Part shown: positions 1-8,596 of the stretch, piece after piece
Layout of the letters: each line of letters begins with the position of its first letter
How positions within the stretch are numbered: position 1 is the first letter of the stretch
DNA from: Bacteroidales bacterium
GTDB taxonomy: Bacteria; Bacteroidota; Bacteroidia; Bacteroidales; F082
Direction: 5' to 3'
DNA: 64,000 nucleotides
Assembly: GCA_016936355.1 (NCBI GenBank)
Contig: JAFGYB010000006.1
Span: 16,019 to 80,018, forward strand
Position numbers and translations under genes: made by a program
The notes under the pieces: generated by a model
The model's input: only the letters and a program-made list of their open reading frames with translations
Databases searched by the model: none
Told to the model about the DNA's origin: nothing

Positions 1-2
1 TT

Positions 3-1481
3 GAGTATAAAACCGATACAGAAGCCCATCACCACGAACAATATTTTTTTCCGGATGAGCTACTGGCCTATCCCTATTCCGATTGTGAAGACCGTGCCGT
101 TTTGTACGCTTACCTGGTCAAAAATCTTCTTCATTTGAATGTGATGGGGCTTGGTTTTCCCGGGCATATGGCTACGGCCGTTCATTTTACCAGGCAACCC
201 GAAGGGGACTTTCTAACCTGGCAGGGAGAAAAGTATGTGGTGGCAGATCCAACCTATACCGGTGCCCCGATTGGCATGCTGATGCCCCAGGTCCAAGGTA
301 CCCGGGCGCAACTGATACCCGTTAACAATGAAATAGTGAAGGCTGACCGATCCACTGCCTTATGGAAACAACTCACCAACAGTGGGTTTTTCCGGGGAGA
401 TTTGTTACAGGATGTACTTTTCGATCAACAAAACAACGCTTACGTATGCGGTTATTTCGTGGGAGAAGCCCAACTGGGAGAAATTCAGTTAAAAGGTTCC
501 AAAGACGTTCGTACAGGCTTTATTGCCAGGATCGATCCTGAAAACAAAACCGTTTGGGCCACCTCCTTATCAGGAACAGGAAACAATACAGCATTTAACC
601 TGGCATTCTCTCCCGACAGTTCCCTATATGTCTACGGAACCATGGAAAAAAACCTTACTGTTGAAAATAATGAAATCCAGGCAGAAAACGCACCGGATGT
701 TTTTCTGGCACGAATCAACCGAAACGGAAAGCTTCAGTGGGTGCAAAAAGCCGGCATCGGGAAACTGGATCACAGCAGTAACTTTATGTTTGCTGCCCGG
801 TTCAACGCATCCGGAGAGAAAACCATGGCCCGGCTGTTCAGCGAATCGGAACACTTCGAACAGTACGGATTAACTACGGAAGCCGATGGCAGCGCCTTGA
901 TCACCGGTTCATTTTATGCTACTACAGGAATGAATACCCACGATTTCGCAAACTACAACACGGGATCTGATTTCAGTCCCGAGACTGCATTGAAAAGCAT
1001 CAACGACACCCTGGTGAAAAGAGACTACGAGCAAACCATTGCCGGTTTGTTTGCCGCCATGCAGCTCATCAAAGCCAATTCGCTGGAGATAAAGGGTATT
1101 CAGGTTCAGGACGTATTTCAGAAACACAACAAGCAATTCATTCAGTATGCCAAGAACTTCTACGACGGATTTGGCCTGATGCGTTTTATGAAAAACAACA
1201 GTGGAATCATCACGATCCGAACCGACGACGGAAAACCATTGTATTTCGATAAGATTAAAATCAACAACGAAGCCCGGATCAAAGTGATCAAATACAAAAG
1301 CGGGAACGTGGAAGTTCAGATCTTTTCGGGGATTGACGTTGGAGTTCCCAACCATTGGTTTGCCATGAATACGATCAAACTGTTTAAGGATTCGGGGGAT
1401 TTACTGTTCGATTTTGGTGAAAACCACATCACCAAGAAACTGAATTTGAAAAAGGAAATTTTAAAGAAAACAACTGACTAA
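3..1481 (+). CDS. Transglutaminase-like (papain-fold) domain protein with SBBP-like beta-propeller repeats; 5' end outside the window
   Basis: The frame is open to the left edge; translation upstream of the listed Met reads EYKTDTEAHHHEQYFFPDELLAYPYSDCEDRAVLYAYLV. The Cys/His/Asp contexts DCEDRA, PGHMATAV and VVADPTY fit the transglutaminase-like triad. The C-terminal half has units such as FIARIDPENKTVWATS, FLARINRNGKLQWVQKAG, LYVYGT and ALITGSF, typical of SBBP-type propeller repeats. Confidence 0.6.
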   Translation, partial: EYKTDTEAHHHEQYFFPDELLAYPYSDCEDRAVLYAYLVKNLLHLNVMGLGFPGHMATAVHFTRQPEGDFLTWQGEKYVVADPTYTGAPIGMLMPQVQGTRAQLIPVNNEIVKADRSTALWKQLTNSGFFRGDLLQDVLFDQQNNAYVCGYFVGEAQLGEIQLKGSKDVRTGFIARIDPENKTVWATSLSGTGNNTAFNLAFSPDSSLYVYGTMEKNLTVENNEIQAENAPDVFLARINRNGKLQWVQKAGIGKLDHSSNFMFAARFNASGEKTMARLFSESEHFEQYGLTTEADGSALITGSFYATTGMNTHDFANYNTGSDFSPETALKSINDTLVKRDYEQTIAGLFAAMQLIKANSLEIKGIQVQDVFQKHNKQFIQYAKNFYDGFGLMRFMKNNSGIITIRTDDGKPLYFDKIKINNEARIKVIKYKSGNVEVQIFSGIDVGVPNHWFAMNTIKLFKDSGDLLFDFGENHITKKLNLKKEILKKTTD

Positions 1482-1502
1482 ATAGAAACCTGGCGTACGG
1501 AT

Positions 1503-3311
1503 ATGATTTTGAGAAGAAATATTGTTTTTGTATTGATGGCTCTGTTGATGTCAATGCAAGTGACTGCTGAGACTACCTCAGAGCACCAAAAACAGGATTC
1601 AAAAGAGTTAAAAGATACACTATCCCTGCATCAGGTATATCAACAGCTTGAGCATGCACAGCAGGATGTGATAATTTCGAATAAGACGATTGCTCCGGGG
1701 AAGAAGGATGGTACATTTCTGAATGATCAGGTTTTTTTCAAGGAATATCATCTGAAAGCACCCAACTCATCCGAAAGGCGGCTGTTTTTCTACGACTGTG
1801 ATTTTGTGATTCCGCCCGATACGCCTTTGTTTCTGGATAACTGGCATTTTAAGAAACTGAACTTTGTCGGATGTACTTTTCAAATGCCCCTTTTCCTGTT
1901 CGGTTGTACTTTCAACGAATCCTATCCCCTGGTACTCGAAAACTGTACTTTTCGAAACCTGTTTTCGATTTCGGGGGAAGGCAACCTTTCAGATTTGGAA
2001 GTGAACGGCTGCACTTTTGAAGGACAGCTTTTGGTAAAAAGTAATGTAAACAACCTAACGTTGAACCATTGCCGGTTTGATGCCGACACCAATTTTTTTA
2101 AATCACTGGACGAAGAAAAAACCCATTACCAGCTTTCAGCAAAAAATATTCAGATTGGCGAAATGGACATGCAGCATTGCCTGTTGCTGAATCATGGGAT
2201 AAGCAACTTGTTTTCCATTGATCTTTCCGGAAGCGAGATTCAGAAAATCAACTGGATGAACAACCAAATGACCGCCTTGAATTTCACGGATGCGGAAGTC
2301 TCCAAATCCATTTTAATTGATTCACTGTCGGTCTCAAAATACATTGGAGTCCAGAACTTTGATTTCCCGGATGCCAACACCAATATCCCATGGAACAACC
2401 TGGAAGGACAAAAGCTGGCTTTATTCCAGACCGGATTGAGCGACCGGATTGTTCCCTATCAGGCCAAAACAAAACAACAACTTTCCAAAACAATTCTCTA
2501 CAACGAGTTGGTCAGCGTGTATAAAAAACTCAACACCCTGTATCAGGACAGAGGGGACTTACCCTCTGCCAACGGCTCCTACATCGAGATTAAGGAACTG
2601 GAAACGGCACACCTTGAATATATCCAGTCGGTGCATCCCAGTTCCACCAACCTGATCAACATCCTGCTGAACAAAGTAATGAAATTCTTCAGTGATTACG
2701 CCACCAATCCCGGAAAGTCGGTGAACCGAGCCTGGCAGTTCCTGTTGCTCTTTACAGTGCTGTACATGTTTACCTTTTCCAAATGGGACGGAATGAATTA
2801 CGGATACTGCGTGCGACAGTTTCAGTTCTTCTTCAACTACATCCAAAGCGACAAAAACATACAGGACGTCTTTGAGGAAGAAAAAGACAAAACCGACAAA
2901 CTGGTCAACAACCTCAAAAAGGATTACCTGAAAAAACAAAAGAAGGTACCCCGTACCATCACCATGGTTGGTGAAGTAATCTATGCCCTTGGACGTGTGC
3001 GTAGTTTTCTAACTCCCAGGCTCATCCGGTTGCTGAATTTTCAGCCCCAGAGCTGGGAAAATCTGAAATCATTTAAAAAGTTTTTCTCGTACCTCATGAT
3101 TCCACTGGTGATGCTCCTCTTCATTGTTTATGTGTTGGTAGTCAAATTCATTACCGGTTTTATCATGAGTCTGAACAATCTAATTGCATTGGGATTTGGC
3201 GTGATGCCCGAAGAAGGTATTGCTATGTATATCAGCATTATCGAAGGAATTATCGGCTGGTTTTTACTGACTATTTTCACGGTAAGTCTGTTCAGTCAGG
3301 TTCTGCAATAA
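1503..3311 (+). CDS. Signal-peptide beta-solenoid (pentapeptide-like) repeat protein with a C-terminal 2-TM ion-channel-like module
   Basis: The N-terminus MILRRNIVFVLMALLMSMQVTA looks like a signal peptide. There are periodic ~20-aa units ending FYDCDF, FVGCTF, LFGCTF, LENCTF, VNGCTF and LNHCRF. The C-terminus has hydrophobic helices (AWQFLLLFTVLYMF, YLMIPLVMLLFIVYVLVV, IIGWFLLTIFTVSLF) with a pore-loop-like ALGFGVMP between the last two. Confidence 0.6.
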   Translation: MILRRNIVFVLMALLMSMQVTAETTSEHQKQDSKELKDTLSLHQVYQQLEHAQQDVIISNKTIAPGKKDGTFLNDQVFFKEYHLKAPNSSERRLFFYDCDFVIPPDTPLFLDNWHFKKLNFVGCTFQMPLFLFGCTFNESYPLVLENCTFRNLFSISGEGNLSDLEVNGCTFEGQLLVKSNVNNLTLNHCRFDADTNFFKSLDEEKTHYQLSAKNIQIGEMDMQHCLLLNHGISNLFSIDLSGSEIQKINWMNNQMTALNFTDAEVSKSILIDSLSVSKYIGVQNFDFPDANTNIPWNNLEGQKLALFQTGLSDRIVPYQAKTKQQLSKTILYNELVSVYKKLNTLYQDRGDLPSANGSYIEIKELETAHLEYIQSVHPSSTNLINILLNKVMKFFSDYATNPGKSVNRAWQFLLLFTVLYMFTFSKWDGMNYGYCVRQFQFFFNYIQSDKNIQDVFEEEKDKTDKLVNNLKKDYLKKQKKVPRTITMVGEVIYALGRVRSFLTPRLIRLLNFQPQSWENLKSFKKFFSYLMIPLVMLLFIVYVLVVKFITGFIMSLNNLIALGFGVMPEEGIAMYISIIEGIIGWFLLTIFTVSLFSQVLQ

Positions 3312-3335
3312 GTACTAATAAGATTAAAGAACACA

Positions 3336-3830
3336 ATGGACACGATCAACAACACAGTTTCAACAGCCTTTCCGACCGATAGTTTTTTGTTCACCGTTCT
3401 CTTTTTACTGGCTCTTTTCTTTCTTCAGAAGTACATCTATCTTGCGGATCGAAAAATTGCACAATTCACAAAAAAAGACGGAACAGAACTTAGAAAACCC
3501 TGGTCTTTTCTGGTTGCCCTACTATTGGGTGCATTTGTGTTTTTTTATAATGTATTTTCCCCAGACGACCTGACTTTCAACATTGCCGAATGGCACATTG
3601 AATGGGTCGTTTTTGCTGTGGGACTGTTTACCCTTACGGGAATAATACGCGAAAGCTTTAAAGACTTCGGACCCAAAGCAGGACTGATTCGATCGGTATT
3701 GTATGTTCTTCTCACAGTACTGTATTTTTATGCCGGCCTGATTTCGGGATATTTAATCGTATCGCTGTTGGCTCTTGCTGTTCTGTTTTATTTCTTAAGG
3801 TATTGGAAAAAATTACTCATCCCCAAATAG
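3336..3830 (+). CDS. Hypothetical polytopic membrane protein (about 4 TM)
   Basis: It lies 24 nt after the upstream gene on the same strand. It has four long hydrophobic stretches and no recognisable catalytic motif. Confidence 0.55.
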   Translation: MDTINNTVSTAFPTDSFLFTVLFLLALFFLQKYIYLADRKIAQFTKKDGTELRKPWSFLVALLLGAFVFFYNVFSPDDLTFNIAEWHIEWVVFAVGLFTLTGIIRESFKDFGPKAGLIRSVLYVLLTVLYFYAGLISGYLIVSLLALAVLFYFLRYWKKLLIPK

Positions 3831-3836
3831 AATGCT

Positions 3837-4679
3837 ATGCTCAACTTCCTCATTTTTATATTTGTATTTGCCATTTCTGCTTTTTTGCTGGCGTTCAGCA
3901 TTCGCTATGGCATGACAGGCGCCAACCGGATGGAAGCCTGGCTCTCAGAGAAGTCAGGACGTAATTTTGAAGGATACGACTGGTATTACAGAATCCCGTT
4001 TTCCATCGGGCTTATTCCGGAATATTTTTTTGCGCTGGTGTTGACCAAAGACAACTATTTCAAAACCAACTGGTGGTCCTTGAAAACGTCTTCATTTATT
4101 TCGGTTTTGTTATTCCTTGCTGTTTTGAAAAGCCGCAGCAGTGTTTCTGCCTATTATTCTCTTACCCTGTTGCAGAATCAGGGATTTGCTGCTTATCTAA
4201 CTTCGGGTGCCTTTGTATGGTTTCTGAATTTTATTACACTCATGTATGTTGCACTCGGCGTACTCCTTATCATGGAAAGCATCAAGGCCGCCGGCTGGTA
4301 TGCCCCGGTAAGATTTCTCTATTACGGCCTGCTCTGTTTGCTGATGGCAAGTCTGACGTTGTCTGTCCTTTCGGGAATTTTGGCCCTTGCGCTTGTCTAT
4401 TTTATTTACAAAATTGTTTCGTTTTTGTTTTTCAAATCATCCAACAGGCGGAAACAGGAAGAGGAAGAAACAGCAGGCACCATCTTGAGTAAAGGATTGG
4501 GGGAATTCAAGGAGGAACTGAGTGAATGGGAAAGTGAACGCAAAACCATTAGCAGTATTAGGAAACCTAAGAATGTCAAACCTCACCATAAACCGGTTAT
4601 TCGAAGAAAAAAACCAGTTAAACCTATTATTGAAAAACCGGAACCGGAAGATGAGATACCCCGATTATTTCCCGATTAA
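3837..4679 (+). CDS. Hypothetical polytopic membrane protein with a Lys/Glu/Pro-rich C-terminal tail
   Basis: It lies 6 nt after the previous gene. It has multiple hydrophobic helices followed by a charged tail (SNRRKQEEEETAG...KPKNVKPHHKPVIRRKKPVKPIIEKPEPEDE). Confidence 0.55.
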   Translation: MLNFLIFIFVFAISAFLLAFSIRYGMTGANRMEAWLSEKSGRNFEGYDWYYRIPFSIGLIPEYFFALVLTKDNYFKTNWWSLKTSSFISVLLFLAVLKSRSSVSAYYSLTLLQNQGFAAYLTSGAFVWFLNFITLMYVALGVLLIMESIKAAGWYAPVRFLYYGLLCLLMASLTLSVLSGILALALVYFIYKIVSFLFFKSSNRRKQEEEETAGTILSKGLGEFKEELSEWESERKTISSIRKPKNVKPHHKPVIRRKKPVKPIIEKPEPEDEIPRLFPD

Positions 4680-4690
4680 CTGACCATTTC

Positions 4691-5767
4691 ATGACCAAAA
4701 ATAAGATAGACCAACAGTTGGAACGCTTGCGGGAAATGAAATCCGATCCGAAATTCCCTACTCATTTCGAACGTCCAGCCTCAGCAGATAAAATAAGAAA
4801 TTTTGAGGCAAAGTACCACATCAAACTGCCCGATTCCTATAAAAAATTCCTCATGCAGTACAATGGTGGAATGTTTACTTATCCGCAACTGAGCAAATAC
4901 ATCCAGACTCAAAATGACTATGAACTGCACAAGCACAATTCCGTGTACCTGATGAGTATTGAGGAAATAGAAATCAAATACGATGATCTCATGTTTTCGC
5001 GCTGGAAAGTCAGAAAAGAGACGGCTGATCCCTATCCTGTTATCCCGTTCTGCACAACCATCAACAGCGAATTACTTGTCTTTATCCATGGAGAAAAAAG
5101 CGGGAAAGAATCACCGGTATTTGATGCGTTCCACGAAGAACCCCCTTCCACCTGGGGAATTATTGCAAATAATTTTGCCAATTTCCTGGAAATTTATCTC
5201 AATGCCCGGGGCTTTCCCAGAACCATCGGAAATGAAACAGCCGGAGTCGCCGGCAATTATTTCGACAACCCCCTACAAAAAAAAGAAATCACAGAAACGT
5301 CAAAAGAGATTCTGTCTCGAACGGAACAACAAATCGCAGCGAATCCGAAAGATGATTTCGCCTATTACGAACGCTCCCAGGTTTTTTTTGACAGGGGCGA
5401 TCTGACCGAAGCCTGGGAAATGATTGCCCGGGCCATCGAAATAGACAATAAGAATGCCTTTTACTACTTCATCAGTGGCGAAATCTTACGTGAGGGAGAC
5501 CTCATCAGAGCCTCACTCATCGCTTTTGACAAAGCAGTGAATCTGGAGCCAAAAGATACACTTTATCTATGCTGCCGTGCCGGTGCTTTCTATCAGCTCC
5601 GAAAAAATGAGAAAGCGCTGGAAGACTGCAACCGGGCAGTGGAAATAGATCCGGAACACCTGCTGGCCTATATGTTGCGTAATGAAGTATATCTGGCGCT
5701 GGGGGAAAAGGAAAAAGCTGCTGCCGATCAGGAGAAAATCGATGAACTGAATTCCAAAAAGAGCTAG
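4691..5767 (+). CDS. SMI1/KNR4 (SUKH-1) domain protein fused to C-terminal TPR repeats
   Basis: The N-terminal segment FEAKYHIKLPDSYKKFLMQYNGGMF is the hallmark SMI1/KNR4 (SUKH) motif. The C-terminal third has TPR-like repeats (AWEMIARAIEIDNKNAFYYF, ALEDCNRAVEIDPEHLLAY). Confidence 0.7.
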   Translation: MTKNKIDQQLERLREMKSDPKFPTHFERPASADKIRNFEAKYHIKLPDSYKKFLMQYNGGMFTYPQLSKYIQTQNDYELHKHNSVYLMSIEEIEIKYDDLMFSRWKVRKETADPYPVIPFCTTINSELLVFIHGEKSGKESPVFDAFHEEPPSTWGIIANNFANFLEIYLNARGFPRTIGNETAGVAGNYFDNPLQKKEITETSKEILSRTEQQIAANPKDDFAYYERSQVFFDRGDLTEAWEMIARAIEIDNKNAFYYFISGEILREGDLIRASLIAFDKAVNLEPKDTLYLCCRAGAFYQLRKNEKALEDCNRAVEIDPEHLLAYMLRNEVYLALGEKEKAAADQEKIDELNSKKS

Positions 5768-5770
5768 CCC

Positions 5771-8491
5771 TTATTCCATATGAAATCCCAGTGCAGGCCT
5801 GGATATTTTAGCCTGTGGTACAAACTCATTCACATCCGACAAAACAATTGTTCCAATCATTTCTGTGGTTCGTTCCTGCTTAGGGGTGTCTGCCATTCTG
5901 AGCTCATGATTGCGGATCACTTTTTCTACAATTTTTCGCATGGAACGCGCATTCCCGAAGAAAATATCTCTGTTTTTGTACAAATAGGCAATATATGTTT
6001 TCAGATGTTCTTCTGCATCCTTATTTAGTACCAGATTTTCCCTGTTGAAACTCGATTTCACAATGGTCCACAATTCGCTTTCCGTGAAATCATTGAAATG
6101 ATATTTATGATCAAAACGGGAATCCAGCCCGGGATTGGATTCCAGGAAATGCTGCATATTCTGGGTGTAACCCGCTACAATCACTCCGAAATTACGTCGC
6201 TGATCTTCCATCTCTTTGACCAGGGCCGCCACCGCTTTTTTTCCGAAATCATTGTTTTGCCCATCCGTCAGTGAATAGGCTTCATCAATAAACAATATTC
6301 CCCCCATGGCACTGGAAATTAAATCCTTGGTCTTCAGAGCCGTCTGTCCCACAAAACCTGCCACCATCGAACTTCCGTCGGCATCCACCAAATGACCCCG
6401 TTCAAGCAGTCCGAGTGCTTTGTATATTTTTCCCAGAATCCGGGCCACCGTTGTTTTTCCCGTTCCCGGATTTCCGGTAAATACACTGTGCATGGAAAAA
6501 GCCTTTAGTACGTCGCGGTTAATTTCCTTGTAATACCGCGTCAGACGCACCAGTTCGCTCACTTCCTGCTTGATATTTTTCAGTCCGGTCAGATTATTCA
6601 GTTCATTCAGCGAAGCCTTCAACAAATCTTCATCAATGCTCAGTTTCAGTTGTTTTTCAATGGCCGATTCGGCAATATCCTCAATATCTTCAGGCTGAAT
6701 CTCAGAAAGTATCTTTTTGGTCAAATGTTCCGAATCGTATTGTTTCACTACGCGAATCCCAAGGTTCATTTTGGCCTCATCAATCAGAGAGGTAGCAAAC
6801 CGGGCATTACCAAAGGTCCTGTCTCTTTTACGGTATGCATCGGTAACCAGTTTCAACAATCTTTCTTCCGCCTGAATGCTGAGTGTTACATCTTTTTTCT
6901 TTGCCGCATATCGGGCAATATCCAGCAATTCATCAGGTGTGTAATCTTCAAAATGAAAATGATGTTTGAACCGGGATTGCAGTCCGGGATTGGAGCCGAT
7001 CAGCTTTTCCATTTCCTTGGGATAGCCGGCTACCATAATGGCAATATCGCCGGGACCATCACTCATTTCGGTGATCAGCGTGGCAACGGCTTCTGGACCA
7101 AAATCACCCGAAGCCCCTTCTTTAAACAGCATGTATGCCTCGTCAATAAATAAGATGCCTCCCCGGGCTTTCTCAATGGCTTCTTTGGTATCTTTTCCCG
7201 TTTGCCGCACATAACCCGAAACCAGGTTATTGGCATCCACCACATGGACATGTCCCTTGGTCAGCAGTCCCATGGCATGAAAAATCTGCCCCAGCAGTTT
7301 TACCACTGTGGTTTTTCCCGTACCCGGATTTCCAGTAAATATGCTATGCAAACTGATTTTTTCCTCTTCCTGAAATCCCTGCGCTTCACGGTATTGCAGG
7401 AAACTCACATAGTCCACATATTCCCTGACTTTTTGTTTGATGTTATTTAAACCGATCAATCCATCCAGTTCGGACATGATTTCACTCAACGGACGGTCGT
7501 CAATTACAATTTCATCTTCCGGCTGACTTCCCGTATCCTGACCTTCGTCGGTCTTGTCTTCATCCGGTTTATCCGCTTCCTTTTTATCCAACATACCCTG
7601 CGAAACATGAGAAACATCATACCATTTACTGACTTCTTCATTCAGCAGCGCTTCATAATCGCTGATGCGTTCCACTTCCTTGTCACCAACAGAAAAGGGG
7701 ATCACTCCAACGGTTGTATCCATAAAAATGACTTCCAACCGATAATTATCCTGAATCCAGGTCCCTTTGGTTTCCGAACCCCAACCGGCAGTGACGGTAA
7801 ACGATTCTCCCGGTCCGATGGAAGGAGTAATATTGAGCATGGTATCGGCGACACCAACGGTTTGCCCGGTATCATCCACGAAACGGAAAAAGACTTCGCA
7901 AAGCCATTCTTCTTCAATCTGGTTGAGGAAGCGAAGTTCCCCCATGATATACCTTGTTTCTTTCGCATCGAAAGTCTTCAGGTATTTCCTTGACTTTTCA
8001 GGCAAATCATCTCCCGGAGCTTCATAAGTACGCAGACTGATGGCCTCAAAATAAGGGTTCTCTTCCTCAGTCACCCGGTTGTAATCTTCTATATAGAAAT
8101 CAGCGGTTCCCACTTCATCGCCATCAATACTGGCAATCCAGCGGTAGTGCCCCGGCTTCCAGAACTTGGCATATTCATCTTCGCCCCAGCCAAAGCTGTA
8201 GGTGATGATGTTGTCCTCCTTCGATACGGGGATTTCCTCCTCTTTGTTGCAGATTTCAACAGTTTTTTCGCGATTTACCTGATTGACAGCCCGGATACGG
8301 ATTTTAGCAGTCCAGTCCTCTTCATCGAAGAGCTTATTGTAAAAGGCCAGTTCGGCTCCCAGATAATTGATCTCGAACCGATCAAACACTTTCCTGAATT
8401 TCCGCTTGCTGCCCATGGCACGATCCCAGGCAAACGACTGCAGGCTTTTGAATTTGTAATTGGGGCCTCCTTTTGATTTTCCGAAAATCAT
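5771..8491 (-). CDS. Tandem AAA+ ATPase of the CbbX/SpoVK type with an internally duplicated N-terminal domain
   Basis: There are two Walker A motifs (FTGNPGTGKTTV twice), two Walker B motifs (GGILFIDEAY twice) and two GNAR motifs (FGNARFATSLIDEA, FGNARSMRKIVEKV), as in SpoVK/CbbX/EccA-type modules. An acidic linker (DKPDEDKTDEGQDTGSQPEDE) follows two similar ~110-aa N-terminal units. Confidence 0.8.
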   Translation of the reverse strand: MIFGKSKGGPNYKFKSLQSFAWDRAMGSKRKFRKVFDRFEINYLGAELAFYNKLFDEEDWTAKIRIRAVNQVNREKTVEICNKEEEIPVSKEDNIITYSFGWGEDEYAKFWKPGHYRWIASIDGDEVGTADFYIEDYNRVTEEENPYFEAISLRTYEAPGDDLPEKSRKYLKTFDAKETRYIMGELRFLNQIEEEWLCEVFFRFVDDTGQTVGVADTMLNITPSIGPGESFTVTAGWGSETKGTWIQDNYRLEVIFMDTTVGVIPFSVGDKEVERISDYEALLNEEVSKWYDVSHVSQGMLDKKEADKPDEDKTDEGQDTGSQPEDEIVIDDRPLSEIMSELDGLIGLNNIKQKVREYVDYVSFLQYREAQGFQEEEKISLHSIFTGNPGTGKTTVVKLLGQIFHAMGLLTKGHVHVVDANNLVSGYVRQTGKDTKEAIEKARGGILFIDEAYMLFKEGASGDFGPEAVATLITEMSDGPGDIAIMVAGYPKEMEKLIGSNPGLQSRFKHHFHFEDYTPDELLDIARYAAKKKDVTLSIQAEERLLKLVTDAYRKRDRTFGNARFATSLIDEAKMNLGIRVVKQYDSEHLTKKILSEIQPEDIEDIAESAIEKQLKLSIDEDLLKASLNELNNLTGLKNIKQEVSELVRLTRYYKEINRDVLKAFSMHSVFTGNPGTGKTTVARILGKIYKALGLLERGHLVDADGSSMVAGFVGQTALKTKDLISSAMGGILFIDEAYSLTDGQNNDFGKKAVAALVKEMEDQRRNFGVIVAGYTQNMQHFLESNPGLDSRFDHKYHFNDFTESELWTIVKSSFNRENLVLNKDAEEHLKTYIAYLYKNRDIFFGNARSMRKIVEKVIRNHELRMADTPKQERTTEMIGTIVLSDVNEFVPQAKISRPALGFHME

Positions 8492-8596
8492 AATCGTAAT
8501 ATTAAGTTTTGTTTCCGCTGCTTAAAATTACAAAAGTTGATTATTAATCGTGCTTTGAATCAGTCTAAATTAACTGATATTTAGCGAATAACGTCT

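Noticed and set aside
4073-4492. A 139-aa same-strand overlapping ORF inside the membrane protein gene 3837-4679. Similar cases are 523-873, 4983-5405, 27808-28281, 28801-29202 and 26406-26930.
   Set aside because: These are alternative frames of better-supported genes. Their translations are Cys/Arg/Pro-rich without hydrophobic periodicity or motifs.
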